Positions 61,048-64,000 of a DNA stretch of 64,000 nt are shown here, one piece after another (position 1 is the first letter of the stretch; each line of letters begins with the position of its first letter). A model generated the notes under the pieces. That model was not told the DNA's origin and searched no databases. It saw only the letters and a program-made list of their open reading frames with translations. A program made the translations under genes and the position numbers. The DNA comes from an uncultured beta proteobacterium (GTDB lineage: Bacteria > Pseudomonadota > Gammaproteobacteria > Burkholderiales > Casimicrobiaceae), in NCBI GenBank assembly GCA_963783525.1, contig CAWAOF010000033.1, forward strand, positions 309,624-373,623, given 5' to 3'.

Positions 61048-62547
61048 TCACCGGGCCTCGCGCCGTACCTTGACGACCCGCACGACCCATGGCACCAGGA
61101 TCAGCAGCACCGTGACCGTCAGCAGTCCCGCCGAAATGGGGTGCGAGATGAATACCGACGGATCGCCCTGGCTGATCGCGAGCGCGCGCCGGAACTGCGA
61201 TTCGGCAAGCGGGCCGAGGATGAGGCCGATCACTGCGGGCGCCACCGGAAAACCCCAGCGCCGCATCACGAAACCGAGCAACCCGAACACATACAACGTA
61301 ACGAGATCGACGACCGATTGGTGCAGGCTGAAGGCGCCCAGCGTCGCAAACACCAGGATGCCGGCGTAGAGGAGCGGCCGCGGAATCAGCAGCACCTTCA
61401 CCCACAATCCGATCAGCGGCAGGTTAAGCACCAGCAGCAGGATGTTGCCGATGTACATGCTGGCGATCAGTCCCCACACCAGCGCCGACTGGGTCTGGAA
61501 CAGGAGCGGCCCGGGCTGGATCCCGTAGTTCTGGAATGCGGCCAGCAGGATTGCGGCGGTGGCCGACGTCGGTATGCCCAACGTGAGCAACGGCACCAGC
61601 ACGCCGGCCGACGAAGCGTTGTTCGCGGCCTCCGGTCCGGCCACGCCCTCGATCGCGCCGTTGCCGAACTCCTCCGGATGCTTGCTGAGCTTCTTCTCCA
61701 GTGCATAGGAAAGGAAGGTAGGAATCTCCGCGCCACCCGCCGGTATCGTGCCGAACGGAAAACCGATCGCCGTGGCGCGCAGCCACGCTGGCCAGGAGCG
61801 CCGCCAGTCGTCCTTCGACATCATCAGGCTGCCCGACACGCGCTCGACCTCCTCGGTCAGTCGGCTCTGATAGGTCGCTACGTAGAGGGCTTCCCCGACG
61901 GCGAACAGACCGACCGCGAGGACGACGACGTCGATGCCGTCCATCAGCTCCGGTACGCCGAACGCGAAGCGCATCTGCCCCGTCTGGTCGTCGATGCCGA
62001 CCAGCCCCAGCAGCAGCCCGAGAAAGAGCATCGACAGCCCGCGCACCGTCGAGCTGCCGAGCACGGCCGCAACCGTGACGAACGCAAACACCATCAATGC
62101 AAAATATTCGGGCGGCCCGAATTTCAGCGCGACCTCGACGACCAGCGGCGCCAGGATCGTGAGCAGAAACACGGAGATCGTGCCGGCGACGAATGATCCG
62201 ATGGCGCTGGTCGCGAGCGCCGGGCCGGCGCGGCCGCGCTTGGCCATCTTGTTGCCTTCGAGTGCGGTGGCAATGGACGCGGACTCGCCCGGCGTGTTGA
62301 GCAGGATCGTCGTCGTCGAACCACCGTACATCGCGCCGTAGTAGATGCCGGCGAACATGATCAGCGCACCGGTGGGCTCGAGTTTGACGGTGAGCGGCAG
62401 CAGCATCGCCACCGTCAGCGCCGGCCCGACGCCCGGCAGTACGCCGATCGCCGTTCCCAGCGTCACGCCGATGAATCCCCACAGCAGGTTGATCGGCGCG
62501 AGCGCGACGCTGAAGCCTCCCAACAGCGACTGCAGGGTCTCCGTCAT
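61048..62547 (-). CDS. tctA: tripartite tricarboxylate transporter large permease
   Basis: True start [43 protein letters not shown]... at 62547. 499 aa polytopic membrane protein. Confidence 0.9.
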   Translation of the reverse strand: MTETLQSLLGGFSVALAPINLLWGFIGVTLGTAIGVLPGVGPALTVAMLLPLTVKLEPTGALIMFAGIYYGAMYGGSTTTILLNTPGESASIATALEGNKMAKRGRAGPALATSAIGSFVAGTISVFLLTILAPLVVEVALKFGPPEYFALMVFAFVTVAAVLGSSTVRGLSMLFLGLLLGLVGIDDQTGQMRFAFGVPELMDGIDVVVLAVGLFAVGEALYVATYQSRLTEEVERVSGSLMMSKDDWRRSWPAWLRATAIGFPFGTIPAGGAEIPTFLSYALEKKLSKHPEEFGNGAIEGVAGPEAANNASSAGVLVPLLTLGIPTSATAAILLAAFQNYGIQPGPLLFQTQSALVWGLIASMYIGNILLLVLNLPLIGLWVKVLLIPRPLLYAGILVFATLGAFSLHQSVVDLVTLYVFGLLGFVMRRWGFPVAPAVIGLILGPLAESQFRRALAISQGDPSVFISHPISAGLLTVTVLLILVPWVVRVVKVRREAR

Positions 62548-63056
62548 ATGCCCGCGGCCCCGAGCAGGGGCTGCAGCCAGCCCGCCGGCAGGTTGACATT
62601 CAGGAACCGGACGAAGAACAGGAACACGCCGAGGCCCAGCAGCAACCCGATGGCGAGGTCGCGCAGCGCTCGGTTGCTCCCGAACCCGCGCGCAACGCAT
62701 GCGAACAGCGCACCCGCCGCCAGCACGAAGCCGGCGCTGTGCACCAGCGCCATCTGCGCGAACAGACCCGCCGTGACCCAGCCGAAGGCACGCCGGTGCG
62801 GCGCATGATCGCCGCGCTCGCCGGGAGCTTCGGGCACTGCCTCGCGCCATCCCCCGGCGAATACTTCGGCGAGCAGCCAGAGCCCGCAGACCACGAGGCC
62901 ACCGGCGACGAACTTCGGCATGAAATTCGGGCCGATCCGCGCGTAGCCTCCCACTTCGGGAAGGCTGAACGCGATCACCGCCGCGACCGCTCCCAACGCC
63001 AGGACGCCCAGCGAAAGCACGACCTCCGCGCGCGCTCCCGGACGACCGGCGACCAT
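62544..63056 (-). CDS. tctB: tripartite tricarboxylate transporter small permease
   Basis: About 170 aa with four TM segments. 4-nt overlap with tctA. Confidence 0.7.
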   Translation of the reverse strand: MVAGRPGARAEVVLSLGVLALGAVAAVIAFSLPEVGGYARIGPNFMPKFVAGGLVVCGLWLLAEVFAGGWREAVPEAPGERGDHAPHRRAFGWVTAGLFAQMALVHSAGFVLAAGALFACVARGFGSNRALRDLAIGLLLGLGVFLFFVRFLNVNLPAGWLQPLLGAAGI

Positions 63057-63060
63057 TGCG

Positions 63061-63990
63061 CTACTTCCGCAAGCCGAGAGAATCGAGAATGGCGGTGATG
63101 CGCTTGGTGTCCTCGTCGACAAACGTCTTGTATGCGTCGCCGCCGAGGTACACCGGATCCCAGCCGTACTTGACGAGCGATTCCTTCCAGGACGGCGAAT
63201 CGGTGGCCGTCTTGACCGCGTTGACCAGCGCGTCGCGCTGCGCCGTCGTTATGCCGGGTCCGGCGAAGACGCCCCGCCAGTTACCCAGCACTACGTCGAC
63301 GCCCTGTTCCTTGAGCGACGGGATCCCGTCGATCTTCGTCGGTCCCGAGACTGCGAGCGCGCGCATCCGTCCGCCTTTGACGTGCTCCGCAAATTCGCTG
63401 ACACCGGCGATGCCGAGCGTCACGTGCCCGCCGATGATATTGGCGACCTGGTCGCCACCGCCTTTCGCAGCCACATAGTTGACCTTCGATGGGTCCACGC
63501 CCACGGCACGCGAAATGAGGCCGGCGAGGATATGATCGCTGCCGCCTGCGGACCCGCCATGCCACGATACCTTGCCTGGATCCGCCTTGTATGCGGTGAC
63601 GAGATCGGCCAGCGTCTTGTACGGCGAGGTCGCCGGCACCACGAGCACGAGATATTCGCTCGTCAGGCGCGCAATCGGCGTGACCATCGTGAGATCGACG
63701 GGCGACTTGTTCAGCACGATCCCCCCGACCATCACCATCCCGCCCATCATCAGCGCGTTCGGGTCACCCTTCGCGCTGTTGATGAACTGGGCGAGACCGA
63801 TCGTTCCGGCCGCGCCGCCCTTGTTGTCGAACTGCACCGACTGCACAACCTTCGCCGACTGCATCGCCGTACCCAGCGCGCGACCGGTCTGATCCCAGCC
63901 GCCGCCCGGATTGGCCGGAATCATCATCTTCAGCGTGCCGATCGATTGCGCCTGCGCGAGCGGCGAGAATGCGACTTGCACGACCGCGAG
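63061..63990 (-). CDS. tctC: tripartite tricarboxylate transporter substrate-binding protein (Bug family), N-terminus beyond window end
   Basis: ...IGTLKMMIPANPGGGWDQTGRALGTAMQ...WHGGSAGGSDHILAGLI.... Signal peptide not in window. Confidence 0.85.
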   Translation of the reverse strand, partial: LAVVQVAFSPLAQAQSIGTLKMMIPANPGGGWDQTGRALGTAMQSAKVVQSVQFDNKGGAAGTIGLAQFINSAKGDPNALMMGGMVMVGGIVLNKSPVDLTMVTPIARLTSEYLVLVVPATSPYKTLADLVTAYKADPGKVSWHGGSAGGSDHILAGLISRAVGVDPSKVNYVAAKGGGDQVANIIGGHVTLGIAGVSEFAEHVKGGRMRALAVSGPTKIDGIPSLKEQGVDVVLGNWRGVFAGPGITTAQRDALVNAVKTATDSPSWKESLVKYGWDPVYLGGDAYKTFVDEDTKRITAILDSLGLRK

Positions 63991-64000
63991 CGCGGTCAGG

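Noticed and set aside
1-63990. CRISPR arrays, rRNA genes, IS elements/transposases
   Set aside because: No regularly spaced short direct repeats with unique spacers, no rRNA-like sequence and no transposase-like ORFs were seen. The only integrase-type gene is the tyrosine recombinase at 4980-6019.

Overview
**What the window is.** A high-GC (roughly 68–70%) segment of a betaproteobacterial chromosome, probably Burkholderiales-like: HoxFUYH closely resembles the Ralstonia/Cupriavidus eutropha soluble hydrogenase, and there is a TctABC transporter with a Bug-family TctC.

**Assembly caveat.** The assembly carries many single-base indels. At least 20 clearly conserved genes, including essential aspS, metY and dsbB, are split over two or three reading frames at homopolymer runs. 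These interruptions are therefore read as sequencing errors, not pseudogenes. The longest ORFs in the supplied six-frame track are mostly antisense artefacts of the high GC content.

**Layout, left to right:**
- **1–594:** 5' part of a frameshifted ABC ATPase gene, cut by the window edge.
- **about 640–6180:** an integrative island inserted at the 3' end of tRNA-Asn(GUU), with all genes on the minus strand.
  - P4-type tyrosine integrase.
  - Small overlapping hypothetical genes.
  - A putative replication initiator with a lambda-O-like N-terminal region and five copies of a 15-bp palindromic iteron inside its own coding region.
  - A trio of unknown small proteins.
- **6290–21533:** pgsA and uvrC, which are adjacent in many proteobacteria, are separated here by about 12.8 kb.
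  - A PotABCD-type ABC importer.
  - A roughly 957-aa FAD/Fe-S (GlcD-GlcF fusion, YdiJ/Dld-like) oxidoreductase.
  - A complete NAD-reducing [NiFe] soluble hydrogenase operon, hoxF-hoxU-hoxY-hoxH-hoxW.
  - The hoxF–hoxU and hoxH–hoxW intercistronic gaps are filled exactly, stop codon to start codon, by one and three tandem copies of a roughly 99-bp hairpin-rich repeat.
- **21534–42123:**
  - Family-4-like uracil-DNA glycosylase and an alpha/beta hydrolase.
  - A roughly 1220-aa multi-PAS GGDEF-EAL sensor.
  - A secreted three-domain beta/gamma-crystallin protein.
  - CoA-binding protein, metY, dsbB, an SDR 3-hydroxyacyl-CoA dehydrogenase, NfeD plus an SPFH protein, the fmdB-DUF502-aspS operon, a barnase-barstar pair, a NudB-like NUDIX hydrolase and fumC.
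  - A TPP-dependent Oxc/HACL-like enzyme translationally coupled to an acyl-CoA synthetase.
- **42210–50837:** the classic rimP-nusA-infB-rbfA-truB-rpsO-pnp operon on the minus strand, with a leader terminator or attenuator upstream of rimP and a hairpin between rpsO and pnp.
- **50985–63990:**
  - Sfp-type PPTase, LpxL-like acyltransferase and a TPR protein.
  - A fused FAD monooxygenase/Old-Yellow-Enzyme (salicylyl-CoA 5-hydroxylase-like).
  - aroE.
  - A 607-aa unknown protein with a zeta-toxin/CPT-like P-loop.
  - A dihaem cytochrome c and cytochrome c'.
  - tctA, tctB and a partial tctC.

**Most interesting:**
- The island's replication module, with iterons inside the initiator gene, and its unknown cargo genes.
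- The hydrogenase/FAD-oxidase/ABC insertion between uvrC and pgsA.
- The structured 99-bp repeats that precisely occupy hox intercistronic spacers.
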